Assembly: GCF_009914755.1 (NCBI RefSeq)
Contig: NC_060938.1
Reading direction: 5' to 3' (one strand)
DNA length: 64,000 nt
From: the human T2T-CHM13v2.0 reference genome, Homo sapiens
The first letter of the stretch is position 1, and the number at the start of each line of letters is the position of its first letter. Made by a program: the position numbers and the translations under genes. The notes under the pieces were generated by a model, which was not told the DNA's origin, did no database searches, and worked only from the letters and a program-made list of their open reading frames with translations. Positions 47,371 through 64,000 of this stretch are shown here, one piece after another.

Positions 47371-48069
47371 AAAATAAGTATGTACTCTAAATAGGTATAA
47401 ATTGATAAAGACTGAAGCTACATAATAAATATGACCAATTAGTGGGTAACCAAAATACACAAAAAAAGAGAGAGGAAGGAGATGGAGTGAGAAACAAAAG
47501 CGAATGTAAAATTAGTAAGAATAATTCAAAAGAAAATATAGGCTGAATTCCAAGAGAAAGACCCCTTTTGGACACAATTTATAAACCTTCATCTTTCAAG
47601 GGAAGACTTTAAAGTGTTCACATGCACAAAGCTGGACTGACCATCTACCCTAGGTGTGTTACAATAAATGTAAAAGTCTTGCAAGTTCCTTCACCAAATT
47701 CTACATGGATCAAGATACTGTTAATCTTTCAGAGAAGCATTCTGCAACTTAACAAAGTTGGGCATAGTTCCAAAAAGCTTTCAGGAACTTCAGAGTAAGA
47801 ACACTTAGGTCTAGTATGGCAGGAGCAGGCAAGTTTGAAAAGAAAGGAAGACTCTTTCACAGGCCTAGCTTCTTCTCAAATTTACCAGTAGAAAAGGCTA
47901 TGGAGCATCAACTAACTTTTTAACTAATAGACTTTCAACACCATTACTTTTTATAGATTATACAATAGCTTCCCCCACCTTCTCCTAAAGTCGATTTCAG
48001 TTTTAAGTCCTACCCTCAGATATCCAACCAACCTTTCCACACCACCAGAAGTACTCTCTCTGCTGTCAC

Positions 48070-48520
48070 CTATTACAACTCTCCTCCACGCAGTCTCAGC
48101 TCCAGTCCTGCTGGCTTTCTGCTCTTCAAAGAGCCTGTCATTAACATCGCCTCAGGGCCTTTGCTGCAACGAGTTCTTCTGCCTAGAACACACTTTTCAT
48201 TTAATCTTCCACTTCATTTATGTATCTGCTCAAAGGCCATCTATCAGAAAGGACTTCCTTGATCTAAAACGATGTAAAGTCAGCACCAGCACCCACATGT
48301 GTCCCTTCTACCTTACTCTGCTTTGATTTTCTTCATAGTACTTTTTGACATGAAGAACATTATCTATATATTTGTTTAATTGTTTTGTCTTTTCGCCTCC
48401 ACTAGGATGTAAGCACCATAATGTTCTTGAGATACTTGTTCAGGAACTAAATAACTCAGGCACCTAGAAAAGTGCTGGGCACATAGGAAGTGCTCAGTAA
48501 TACATGCTGAATAAATGACT
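48070..48520 (+). mobile_element. L2a 3' fragment
   Basis: GCCTCAGGGCCTTTGC...CACCTAGAAAAGTGCTGGGCACATAGGAAGTGCTCAGTAATACATGCTGAATAAATGA. Confidence 0.75.
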
Positions 48521-50679
48521 CAAATTCTATTCTTCCTGCTAATGTAAAATTGAACTTTATACAACACAGACAACATCTCATTTTACACTCTTACTGTCCT
48601 CTAACACCAAGCTAGTCTTGCTTAAAATCAATCATTTCCCATTGCTTTTAGACTATAATCTACATTCCCGGCAGGACCCAAAAAGCTTCTCATGGATTCA
48701 ACTCTGTTTAATTTTCCAGTCTCACCTTTCACCATCCCTTTCCATATTCTAAATTCTGATCACACTAAACTATTTGCAGCTCTTAAATGTATCATGCTCT
48801 CTTGAACCTCTAAATCTACATCTGTTTCTTCTGCCTGGAATGCCCTGCCTACCCTGTTTACCCTGGCTAACTCTTACTTGTCCTTCAGGATCCAGCAAAG
48901 CTTTCCCACGTGGGGTTAGATACTGTTAGTAATTGCTCTCACAGTCAGTACCCTGTGCCTTGCTTTAACACAGCACTGTCACATTATTTCTAAAAATAAT
49001 AATGGTTTTCTTATTTACCTGATCTCCCTCCCCTATTAATTGAGAGCTCTTTGGGAACCACCAGGCATCTCTTTGCACTTATTCAACACAGTACCTGGAA
49101 CCAGTAAACACTTAATAAATATTGACTATAGGAATGCATATTAAAAATGTATATTGAAGATTGAAGTATATTACATTTTTTGAGATTTGAGAGATTTCTG
49201 AACCATGACTTGGGACTATTAGAGACATACTAATGATACTGCAAAGACTAAGATTATAAATTTCTACAGTAGAGCTTTCATTTTCAATAAACCACATAAT
49301 CAAATATTTGTTATATGTAATTTCAAATATAAAGCTGAGATATTTTAAACTCAGTAAAAGCATTTGGATAAGTAAATATTATGTAATTGGGAAGGGCTAG
49401 GCATGACTCATTTTTTTTTTCCAAAAAGTAACCTTGGTTAATATTTCAAGATTTGCCTATAAACTGAGCTTCCTTGTCTGTGACTGACTTTGAACCTTTT
49501 AAAACCAAAACATTAAGTTAGATATCTTGAAGTTCACTGCATGTATATAAGGAATTTTATATTATTAAGATGTGAATTTAGGGATCCCATTATTATGGTT
49601 CCCTCTGGCCCCCACCCCCATCCACTGGGTATTTGGGTGTCCATTTTCCCACATGGTGATGGATTTGCACTTTGCTTCATCAGGTCTCCCTTGGGCCAAG
49701 AACACATTTTAGCCATAATTATTGGAGCAGTCTGTGGCAGTGGAAAACCAAAGTTAACTGAACCACATGGAAATAAAACCCATGTCATTGGTGTCATTAC
49801 CAGTACACCCTAACCAACAGAGTTAACCTCAATGTAAACAGCAGGCAAAAATAGCAAAACACTCCATCTTTTGGAGAAATCAGTCCGTTTGGAAAGAATG
49901 CAATAAGAAGGAAACACCTGAACTCATTTTTTTTGGACTAAAATGAGATACAAGTACTGATTTCTTTTTTTTTAAAATTATATATGTATGTGAGTCAAAA
50001 AAAAATCACACAGTTGGAAAAAAAAATGTTCACAGTGAAAAACATTCTTCACTCTCCAGTACTCAACACTGACTGCCCATCTCTCAGGTACCCTCAAGAG
50101 TCAACTTCTATTACCACTGTCTAAATTTTATTTCCATCTCAGTGTACTTGTTTATGATTATGCTATGTGTGTGTGCATGCATACAGTCATCTCCCTTTAA
50201 TAAATGGTAGCACGTTATATACCCATTTTTAAAAATAATATATAAAACTTTCATCTGAAATTTATTCTGCTGAAAGCAGCGCAGTATGAATCATACTTTA
50301 TCTCTTTTTTTCCAAATAAATGTCTATTGGTCAAAACCATTTATAGAATTATCAATCTTTCCCCCACTTATTTGAAATAAAATCTTACTGGGAACTAAGC
50401 TCTGTATATGTTTGAGTATATATCTAGGAATGCTACTGTTTTTATCATCTGTCTGATTATTTACTACTATCACTAATTTAACATTGTTTTATGTTTTGAT
50501 AACTTAGAAGAGGTATAAACAGTAACATATCATGTAGTAAGAGACATAGATTGCTAAGTGTGGTACTGTTTTATAAATACTAAAAACTATAATTCATGGG
50601 ATATTTTCATCAATATTGAACCTTAAATATTAACACATAATATGAGGATCAAACCTTTGGTTTAACAATCAAGTAAAAA

Positions 50680-51270
50680 GCATGAACACAATATTGGTAT
50701 TATATGGGAAAACATATTTTCATTCACTCTTAGTAAGAGCATAAATCAGTACCTTATGGGAGAACATTACACAAACCCTACCAAAATTAACAATCCGTGT
50801 ACTCTTTGACTTACCAATTCTACTTCTAGGAATTCATTCCACAGCCATACTTTCACTAGTGCAAAATGACTTATGCATGTTATTATTCACTGCAGTGTTA
50901 CAGCAAAAACTGAAGGCATCTTAAATTTAAATCAGTAGGGAAACTTGTTAAATAAATTATATTCATACGATGGAGTTTCTACATAGTTATTAAAAAAGAA
51001 CGAGGAAGTTCATTATACATTAATATAGAGAAATCTCCAAGAAATGGTAAGTAAAAAGTAAGATATTGAACAGCGGGTGGTATGCCATCATCTAGGTAAA
51101 AATGAATAGAAAAAAATGCATTCTTATTTACTCATATATGTATAAGTTATGCCTGGAAGGATACATATAAAAATAGGAGCATGCAACAGTGCAGCAAAGG
51201 AATAGAACTGAGAGTTCTATGTATTTTTCAGTAAATCTTTTAAAGTATCATTTTAGTTTTAAATCTTGGG
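50680..51270 (+). mobile_element. L1ME-type 3' fragment
   Basis: CTTTGACTTACCAATTCTACTTCTAGGAATT, GTTAAATAAATTAT, CTGGAAGGATACAT. Confidence 0.6.
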
Positions 51271-51919
51271 ATTAATGGTAAAACATATTTATTGAGAACC
51301 TATTATGTTTGAAAAACTATAAGATAAGGAGTTTTCACTTTTGTTTTAAATTATTCAATTAAGCTTTATTAAACATTCAAAGACTAAAGAGAAAATATTA
51401 AGAACCTTACATTGCCATGAATTATTAAAGAAAAAAAAAAGCAAACTAGATACCAGCATCAAATAACAAAAAAAGGAGATTAAAAAAAATCTAAGGTCAT
51501 TTTGAGTTTGGAATGAGAAAAAATAATTCATGTACTATAGATTATGGCCAACTTGAAATCAGCAGTAAAATCTAGCAAGATACCTCAATGAACTACATAG
51601 ATAATTCAATTTAACACAAATGTGTTAAAATATTGTAAATACCACAAATCTTAGATTATGGCTATTTGAAAGTAAAAGAGATGAAAAGGATAGGAGGGAA
51701 CTCTAGAGAGTATCATCACACAAGCCAAAGAAAAGGGTAAGCCTCCAGTATAGGAATGTGGATAGCAGTGTCAAAGCTACAGAGATCTTCTTAAATTTAA
51801 ATCAGTAAGATTAAAAATTATAGCTTCACTCTAAGTATTCCCAAAGTTAAATGATAAAGAATATTAAACATGTTAAACATAAGAGAAACCAGTAAATACT
51901 GTTCTTAAAAACTTAGATA

Positions 51920-52229
<310 letters not shown>

Positions 52230-52915
52230 TTAGATATATGAGTACCCGGTAATAGGACAGCAATGCTGTAATAGTAAAGCATGTATGTAGTACGAGCCAC
52301 AAAAATGTAGTTTGCCTTTTAATTATTCTGAAACATGGTGTTTTTTTGTCAAATATTCTTGATAGATTAAGCATTCTTTTATTGTCTCTGAAGAAATTAT
52401 GTTAAAATCATCTCAGAAATCTCAAAATGATTTGGTAAAAGGGGTGAAAGAGAAATGAATGTAGATAGATACACAATGAAAGGATGAAAATGAAGGATTC
52501 TAATTCTATTCTAATATTAGGAATAGTATGAACAAATACAATGACCGTGTTAATCTGATCAACATTCTTATATAGAGTCCTTGTTTATTCCATTAGATCT
52601 TACCAGATCAGAACATTATAATTCTTATTCACTTGAAAGTGCCATGAATTTTCCATTCAAAGTTAACCAGAATTTCAATTCAAGAATAACAAAGGATAAT
52701 CACATTATTTGAGAGTACATGAATTACTTAATAATACTACACATCTTGGTAACTGAAAGAAAACAGGTGTATCAAAATGCTAGTAATCAAAACTAATCTG
52801 AAGAGGGAAAATAGAGTTAGCAATACTATTAGTGAAATTTAAAATAACATCACATTCTGAGTTGTACTTGACAATATTGAATTAAACTGAATCCTCCAGG
52901 CTAAACCTCCAATAG

Positions 52916-53314
<399 letters not shown>

Positions 53315-53323
53315 TAGAAATAA

Positions 53324-53745
<422 letters not shown>

Positions 53746-55742
53746 GGAGAACATTTTTAAAATGTAAAATTATTTTTCCAAAATTATTATTCAAATGACG
53801 CTTTATAAGAGATGGCCTTTTCCCCATCTCCCTATATGTACATATGCTGTTTATATTTCTAAATGTAAATTCTAACTTTGATTCTAATTTTGATGAAGAC
53901 TCATTATGAATTAAGATAGCAAGCTACCAAGAGATAAGACTAGAGTGAAACAAGGGGCAGAAGACAGCAAATAGGGCTTTCAGGAAACAGAGTTCTTTAT
54001 GATGGGCAGGTTATATGGAAATATAAATATGTCTATTTACTCACCATAATAAGGAAATTGTAAAGGAAGACATTTAATGATTTATGTAAAAAGATAAATA
54101 CCATTTAATAAAGAATAGGTGATTACAAAAATATTTTATGCATAATTTTGCAGAATAAAATTATCTTTTTCTTATTTGACAAGACTAGATTTTTAAATAA
54201 CAGAGGGGAAAGAGTCAAGGACAAGGAGAATGACATATAAAAATTAACAAGCAAGATACAAAAAATATACATAAAATTGGAAGAAAAAAATTGAGGTGGT
54301 TAAAAAAGAATGAAAAAAAGGGCACCAACTTCCAAATGATAAAATGACTTAGAAGTATTACAGCTCATTTTGTTTCACAGAATTATATTATCATTATCAT
54401 TACATAACTTCCATATTGTTGAAGCCAGTGGACACTCTTCTATTTGTGTCTTATTTGGGATCTCTGCAGCATTTGATACTGCTGACTACATTCCTATACG
54501 CCAGGCTTACCCCCTTCCTTTGGCTCATGTGACAACACTCTCTAGAAGTCCCTCCTATTCTTTTTTATCATTTCTTCTCAGTGTCGTTTGAGAATTCCCC
54601 TTCTATGGCTACATCTCAAATATTACTATTAATATATCCTTTAACTTTTCATTTTAACATCTAGGGTCTCTGTAGATCTGGTTTCAGAATATAATTTGCC
54701 TAATTTCTGCTCTCATGTCCTACCTCCAACCATAAAAAACCCTGTCCCACCCAGGTAGCCTGCTTTATGAGACTCTATTTTCATAGTGCTGCTCTTTCTT
54801 TCCTGAGTGTCTTTGTTCACCCAGATACCTTCTACTAAACCTTTGAAAGTCAAATATCGTGTTATCTCCTCTAAATATTTTTTAATAAATCCCTAGTGTA
54901 CGATGACTTTTCTCTGTGCTTCTCCAGAAATCTGCTCATGTAATAGCATTCGTCTTGCTTTGAAATCACTAATTTACATGTCTGCTTTCATACTAGACTA
55001 TAACTCCAGGTCAGACCACATCTTCTTCTTTCCCTAAGAATTATAAAATGCATATAGCAAAGGTTATCAAATGTACAGCTCAATGAATTATCACCAAATA
55101 TATACCTGTGCAACTATTCCCAGAAAGATTACATCTTATTTGACTTTGTATCATCAGTGACTCACATATAATAAACACTTAATAAATACATGACAAATAG
55201 TAAGAAATGGTATTGATTGGGTTTGGAGTATGTTAATCATTGCAAGAAATCAGCTCAGTGCTATGATCCAAAAACCAGATTTTAGACACCAAGATCAAAT
55301 ATCACTTATAATGGGGAAACTCTACAGTCACACAAACTAGTAACAGTATAGAAATGAAATTTGCAATAAAAAATGACATTAAATAACAATCTTGCTAGGA
55401 AACCAAAAACATAGAGAGCTTGGCATTAATATCCAGAGAATGATAAGGGTCCACTATGTGATATTAATTTTGCCAGCAGATGACCCTCTTGGCTAGCCAG
55501 GTAAATGAGATAGCCGTAGAGTATCTCCAAAAGTAAAACCCAGAGACAGGCAGTCTATCAGCAGCTAAGCAACTCAGCTTCTTAGCAGTGAACATGCGAA
55601 AAGGATTGATGCAAATAGAACAGCTACAAATCTGCCTCATGGTGAATGGTTGTGGAAGACTGTAATCCAGAGGGGGCAGGGAAAAGGCTACAAGGCCACA
55701 GACAACACAACTCCAAGAATAAATTGCTAAGAAGTGACGGCA

Positions 55743-56013
55743 TTGGGAGGCCAAGGTGGGTGGATCACCTGAGGTCGGAGTTCAAGACCAGCCTGACCAA
55801 TATAATGAAACCCCATCTCTACTAAAAATACAAAAATTAGCCAGGCATGGTGGCATGCACCTATAATCCAAGATACTCGGGAGGCTGAGACAGGAGAATC
55901 ACTTGAACCCGGGAGGCAGAGTTGCACTGAGCCAAGATGGCGCCATTGCACTCCAGCCTGGGCAACAAGAGTAAAACTCCATCTCAAATAAATAAATAAA
56001 TAAATAAATAAAT
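55743..56013 (+). mobile_element. 5'-truncated AluSq/Sp-like with (TAAA)n tail
   Basis: Begins at TTGGGAGGCC; TSD AAGTGAC(G/A)GCA abuts the truncated end. Confidence 0.93.
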
Positions 56014-57298
56014 AAGTGACAGCAGCAGAAAGGCCCACCAGTGTACAAGATTGAGAAATAGATTGTCTCGATTTATATCAGCACAGTCTGTGGCCTGGGA
56101 GGCTAAACAGCAGAAGCTCAAATACAGAAAGACTATCTAAGCAATAGCAGCAGCTGCTAACCAATGAAACTAAAACCACATCTGTGCTTTACTTAGAAAA
56201 GAGTAAAGGTCGCCGGTGGCCTGTTCAATTTCACTCTTGCTGATAGACAGCTGCGTCTCTCATATAATTATTTAACAAAACTTAAAAATTTGCATTCAAT
56301 TTCAGTATTACATTTTTACTTGCTTGATAGTTCATTCAGTAAGAGCTATAATACAAAGGAAAGATCCTTAAGAGGAATCATCATAGTGACAATGACAATA
56401 ATAACAGCTAAAATGTATGAGTGCTCACTGTACCTCCAGTCACTGTGCTAAAGGTGTTCTTGCATTTTCTCATTTAATCTTCATGTCATTATATAGAGAT
56501 GATTATTTTCCCCATTTTACAGGGGAGGAGACAAGCTGGGAGAGACTGTTTTTACCACTGGGAAATAGCAAAGTTGGACATCTAATTCAGGTCTGACTTC
56601 AGAACCTGCACTTTTCTTGGTTATGCTAAATTACCCAAATTCAACTGTTTTTTTTGATATGTGAATTTTTTTAAATCAAGTGTTCCCATTTCTAGTCATG
56701 ATGAAGGATGTTAACAAGATTCTTAAGACGCAAATAGCAGAAGGGTCACGGAATATGTCCAAACTTACTTTAGTTCTCCCAATATCAGCAGTGATGTTTC
56801 AAATTTACCTTGCCATACCTCAGAAAGTACTATACGGAGTCTCAATCCAGGAAAAGTAGAAAATTTAGAATCATCAAGGTGTAACTGTAGTTTTAAAAAA
56901 TAAACCATTATGACTACTGGTTTTGAATTAGAATAGCAGAGCTATAAGGACATTTAGAGATCATGTAGTTTAAAAACAAAAAAAGAGAAAGCTGAAATGC
57001 AGGGAACAGAAATGATATAATAAAAGTTCCCACTGTCTAGTCTATCACAGAGCAAAGACTAGTGATATTAAGCAGACCATAAGCCAATGATTCTTTCTGT
57101 TACATCATATGGTCCCAGTGGAAATCACTCAGTCCTCTAAAGAAAAAAAACTTCTGATAGTTGGGCTAGTAATTCTGCAAGCAATAAATTGTATTATAAC
57201 CACAGAGGAAAACATTTGGAACTAAGTAAACCAGCCCAGTTGCCATATAAAGGATGATTTGGCAATTTGCAGACTTGGGCTCAAGTTCTACTCTCTGA

Positions 57299-57656
<358 letters not shown>

Positions 57657-57782
57657 GTGAATATCATCTTTTAAAGAACATAAGGTGGGGGGTGGACTGG
57701 TAATAACTACTCACAAGATTGTTGTAAGCATTAAGTGGAAAATAGGTGAAAGTGCCTAGTGTGACACAAAATGCTTGTTTTT

Positions 57783-57950
57783 GGCTGGGAGCATTGGCTC
57801 ACGCCTGTAACCCAGCACCTGGGGAGACCGAGGCGGATGGATCTCTTGAGCCCAGGAGTCGGAGACCAGCCTGGGCAACATGGTGAGACCCGCCTGGGCA
57901 ACATGGCGAGACCCTGTCTCCACAAAAATAAAAAATAAACAAACAAACAA
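57783..57950 (+). mobile_element. FLAM_C / free left Alu monomer with internal 23-bp duplication
   Basis: Single arm plus tail; TSD AAAA(T/A)GCTTGTTTT. Confidence 0.88.
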
Positions 57951-57976
57951 AAAGCTTGTTTTCCTTTTCTAAAAGT

Positions 57977-58190
57977 AAGCATGTAGTGTATTTGGTTAAA
58001 CTATAAGCTCTATCGGGCTGCATGGGTTCAAATCCCACTTCACTTAATAACCATGTAAGTTAGGGAATTAGTTACCTTCTCTGCACTCTAGCTTTTTCAT
58101 CTATAAAATGGGGATGGACTATTTTAAAGGATTTAATTAGATAATGCACGTAAAACACTTGGCTTACATCCTAAGACATGGTAAGCATTC
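57977..58190 (+). mobile_element. MIR
   Basis: TGGGTTCAAATCCCA and TTTTCATCTATAAAATGGGGAT core. Confidence 0.8.
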
Positions 58191-58875
58191 TTGAGGAGAA
58201 TTATCTTGATTCCATTCTGTAACATGCAATAAAGATAAGTATGCAACATTCCCATTTATATCTGTATAAGATACTATGTCAATACTTTTGCTTCAATTTT
58301 TTTCGTTCAATTACCTTTCCATCAATTTTATTCCATATCATTTTTTGAAGATTTAAAGAACGTGTGATCATCAAGCAATTATGATGTTACAACAAACAAT
58401 CTATTATAACATAAAGAAAACAGAGAGCTACACATCGTTCTTGATCTTATTTTCGAATTTAAAACAAATCTCAGTGTACATTCACCATTCAAGATAATAT
58501 CAACACACAACATGAACAATTTAGCTAAGGCCTTCTGGCAAGAAGATGGCTCTAGCTACGCTAGAAGCCTTCTTACAGTATACGTCTTGAAATGTGGGAT
58601 AAAACAAATACATAGTTGAATTCACAAGAAGAAAGGAGGTTCCTGGATGCTCAAACAGTCAAATGAAAATGCACAAACAAGTTATTGCTGCAGTAGACTA
58701 TGAATGGAAACAGGACTGGGGAAGAGCTCCATGAAATGTAAAGATAGGCCGTAACTGCTGGAGTTTTAGATTTTAATATCCACTAAGTGACAGAAAATAA
58801 GGGCTTGCATCCATTTTGAATGAGACAGGACACTGGAACTGAGATTCCTATATGAAGCTGGGACCCTCTCTAAAG

Positions 58876-59051
58876 CTATAGTACCCAAACTTTAGCAACC
58901 ATAACAATCACTTGGAGGGCCTGTTAAAACCCAGGTTCCTCAATCCAGCCCCAGAGATTCTGGTCCAGCAGACCTGCGTATTTGTATCTCTAGTACATTC
59001 CCAGGTAATGCTGATGCTACTGGTCGATAAACCAAACTGTGAATAGTGTTG
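58876..59051. mobile_element. MER5A
   Basis: AATCACTTGGAGGGCCTGTTAAAAC, CCCCAGAGATTCTG, CCCAGGTAATGCTGATGCTACTGGTC. Confidence 0.8.
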
Positions 59052-59481
59052 CGCTAGCTAAAGGCTGCATCATTAGTGAAAAGGGTCCTAAAAATTATCT
59101 TCCCTGATCCAGGGAGATGATAAGAAACATATTTCTGACAAGGACTCCTCCATTGTGTACTGGTTAAGTGTAAAAATGAACACTGCCCGCATAGCATATG
59201 AGTGGTAGCCTAAGGAATTAAAACTGAAAAATTGGCCTTGGGTTGGAGATTCCTCTGAGGCATATGGAAAATGTAAACAAAAGACTGTTCTGCAGGAAAA
59301 CTTTCACAACCCAAATTATGTGAAATCCCCATTTAGATAACTCAAAACCAATAATTAAAAAACACTCAAGGAAATGTTTATGAGCAAGAGTCTACAAAAA
59401 TAATAGAAAGACTGGTACAACCAAAACATAAGATAACAGAACAATTGAAAGCACTTATAAAATGTTTTAAATGATTTAAAG

Positions 59482-59488
59482 ACACACA

Positions 59489-59533
<45 letters not shown>
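59482..59533. repeat. (CA)n microsatellite
   Basis: Direct reading. Confidence 0.97.
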
Positions 59534-59536
<3 letters not shown>

Positions 59537-59545
59537 TAGAAAACA

Positions 59546-59861
<316 letters not shown>

Positions 59862-59970
59862 AAATGGAAAACATAAAAAATAACTTCTGGAAATAAAAAA
59901 TAATAGCCTTTGCTACAAAATTTCAATAGGCAGGTTTTAGGTGAGGCATAGGTGGAGAAAAGAATGAGTA

Positions 59971-60313
<343 letters not shown>

Positions 60314-60961
60314 TCACAGACAATGCAGTGCAGAGGATGAAAAGATAAAAGGTACTAAAAAGCTATGAAGTTACATTAAGGACAGGATGAGAAATTCCAA
60401 CAGGTTAGCCACAGTTTTAGTGGTCGACTAAGGAGACAATAGAGAGAAGCAATTTGAGATGCTACATAATGACTAAAAAATCTTCTAGAACTGTAATCCT
60501 AGGAATAAAGAATCACAAAGAGAACCAAGCAGAATAAGTAAATAAGTCTATACCAAATACATAAAATAGTAAGACTGCAGAATACCATGGGCAAAAAGAT
60601 CTTAGGGAAAATAAAAAAGAAAAGATAAGACAATTGATTTGTAAAGGAATTAGAATTTGGCTGACAGAAGATAGCAGCAACAAGAGACTCTAAGATAATA
60701 AAATATCTTTCAAGTGTTAATAAAACTCAACTGTAGTCTTAGGATTCTCTACCCAGGTAAACAATTACGTAATACTGAAGAGAAAATGAAGACAATTCCA
60801 AGACAGAGAGTTTACCACTCATTGAAAGAACCAGGAAATGATTTTCAGTCCAAAGGAAACTGATCCTAAGATCCTCTTAATATCTGAGGGTAGAAATATT
60901 GAGGCATTGTACACTTTAAGTCAGGTAGATATGCTATAGTTTTAAGAGTGCCTACTAAAAT

Positions 60962-61037
60962 CATACAAATAGTATGTACTTTCGAACATGTAGCAATGTA
61001 CATACAAATAGTATGTACTTCCAAACACGTAGAGATG
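60962..61037. repeat. Tandem duplication, 2 x 39 bp
   Basis: CATACAAATAGTATGTACTT.C.AACA.GTAG..ATG at 60962 and 61001. Confidence 0.9.
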
Positions 61038-62395
61038 AAAAGTGTGCAGAAAATTCAAACAAGTTATGGGTACATACACAAATAGTAAAAGTATAAACAC
61101 ACACAGCATGATATATACCAAATTCAGGATAATTGTCACATCTAAAGCCTGAGGGAAAGGAAAGGAATGTGCTTAGGATCCTAGCAATACACGACACCAA
61201 CATTTTCATGCAAATAAGGCAAAATGTTACCATCTGCTAAATCTGAGTGGCGCATATATGACCTTCCATCATTTGATTTCTGTATATGTTTAAAATATCT
61301 CATAATTTTTTTAAGTTAAGAAGGCAAATAAGTTTAGCTAAGCCAACGTAAGAAAAGCTTAGTTAGTTGGAAAATTACTTACCATGAATTCATTTTCCAA
61401 AAGAAGTCAAGAACAGGCTAAATTAGTCAGGTAGCAGGCCCAATAAAAGCCAGGTTTAAAAAATATCTAATATGTATTGTCTTTCCTCTTGAATCTGTTC
61501 TATTTGGTTTGTCTAAGATTCTTTGATTGTGTAAGAACTTAAGACAAAAGCTATATATAACAAAACATTGTGTTCTTATATTAATGATAATTGTATCAGT
61601 GGTTCAAAAATGGAGGCTAATGAATAAGGGATGATATTAAGTGAGATTTAACACAAATTCTACAGATAGGGCAAAACATCATAAAATTATTTGAAGGGCT
61701 ACAGTAATATACTAACCAGCTTAAAATATACACATTAGAAAATTAGAAAGACTAAAAAGGGGGTACGGTCTAGATTACTCTTTGAAAATCATTAGCTTTC
61801 TTTTTCTCACATGTCAAGCTCCAAATCAGCTATGATATATTTTTGTCTTTGGCTTCAAAGGATCTCTCTAACCTCACCATTTTTTACCGATAACTCAAGT
61901 CCACTCCGTTTGTAAGGGGTTTCTTGTTTCTTTTTCCACTCATCAGATGAAAATCATGCTTGTTTTTAGTGACTCATACCTTACCGTATGTTGTTTATTA
62001 ATTGCAAAACAATTCCTGTTAGTGACTGTTATGACAGCCCCAAGAGAATGAAGGCTAAAATTAGACCTTTTGGCTTTTGGTTTGTTTATGAGCAGGTATA
62101 TGCAGGCTGTGACCTATCCCCTTTACATCTGCTCATTTCTTATAAAGCAGCAGCATAAGGGCAGGAGTCAGAGAAATGGAATTGCCTCCTTAACTTTTAG
62201 AATTGAAGCAGACAGGTATAATGAAGTAAAGGAAAAACATAAATGCACAGATGTGGGATAGGCTTTCTGGAGCTGTTTTTAGCATTCTTTATGTGGCTAA
62301 AAATAGGTATATGTACTGGAGTGTTTTTGTTTTCTAAGTTTTTTACTTTTTGACAAAAATGGCATCTTCAAAAGTTTTATTTTTCATTGAGATGA

Positions 62396-63642
<1,247 letters not shown>

Positions 63643-63909
63643 TTTAAAGCATGGTTTCAGGTTTCATCAGCTCTGGTCAGAAATATAAATGTTATACCTT
63701 ATATTTATATTTTACATAAAAATATATATTTGCCAATGTCATAAAACAAAAAAAAAGGAAATAGGTCCAATTACTATTCCTTTGAATCTTCAATATGTAA
63801 AAGCAGTATCATTAAAAAAGGCAAATAACTTAAAAGCTTGATACTCTAATTAGCAAAAAGTGGATTTTTTAATGTAAAAAAAGTCATTTCCTTCCAGAAG
63901 TAGATTTTT

Positions 63910-64000
63910 CCTTTTATTTTCAGTTGAAATGTAATAATTGTACACATTTATGGGATACAGAGTGATATTTTGATACATGTATGCAATATGTAATGAGCAA
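63910..64000 (-). mobile_element. L1MA-type 3' end, running off the window
   Basis: TAATAATTGTACACATTTATGGGATACAGAGTGATATTTTGATACATGTATGCAATATGTAATGA. Confidence 0.75.

Noticed and set aside
49534-49813. Overlapping 87-aa and 90-aa ORFs on opposite strands
   Set aside because: No recognisable homology or flanking splice signals; compatible with chance in a GC-richer patch
55666-55680. CCAGAGGGGGCAG as a CTCF site
   Set aside because: Only the 3' half fits the core; four mismatches in the 5' half

Overview
This is primate genomic DNA, probably human: AT-rich, with many Alus and L1PA elements, and almost entirely intronic. The only well-supported coding feature is a 50-nt minus-strand exon at 20513-20562 encoding (D)LLEETQRKDEEMGSLQ. 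I recognise this from memory as a late exon of CEP128 (C14orf145, 14q31.1); no database was checked. The rest is the two flanking introns (>20 kb and >43 kb within the window). They contain 17 Alus plus a FLAM, solo LTRs (MLT2A2, LTR8, THE1C, MLT1H, MLT1D), a nested L1 block at ~30.3-43.6 kb, a HAL1-like relic, a truncated L1PA3-like copy, DNA-transposon fossils (Tigger3/MER7, MER30, MER5A, MER58), L2/MIR fragments and small tandem or inverted repeats. All large L1s lie antisense to the gene. The long ORFs I could assign are L1, Alu or LTR derived. I cannot demonstrate a new biological system. The best testable leads are: (1) a sense THE1C LTR whose ATG and splice donor would join in frame to the CEP128 exon; (2) a canonical-looking antisense exon at 11843-11956; (3) an AT-rich double palindrome at 47143-47370; (4) filler DNA and TSD-less junctions in the L1s. 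Repeat subfamily calls are by eye from remembered consensus sequences.
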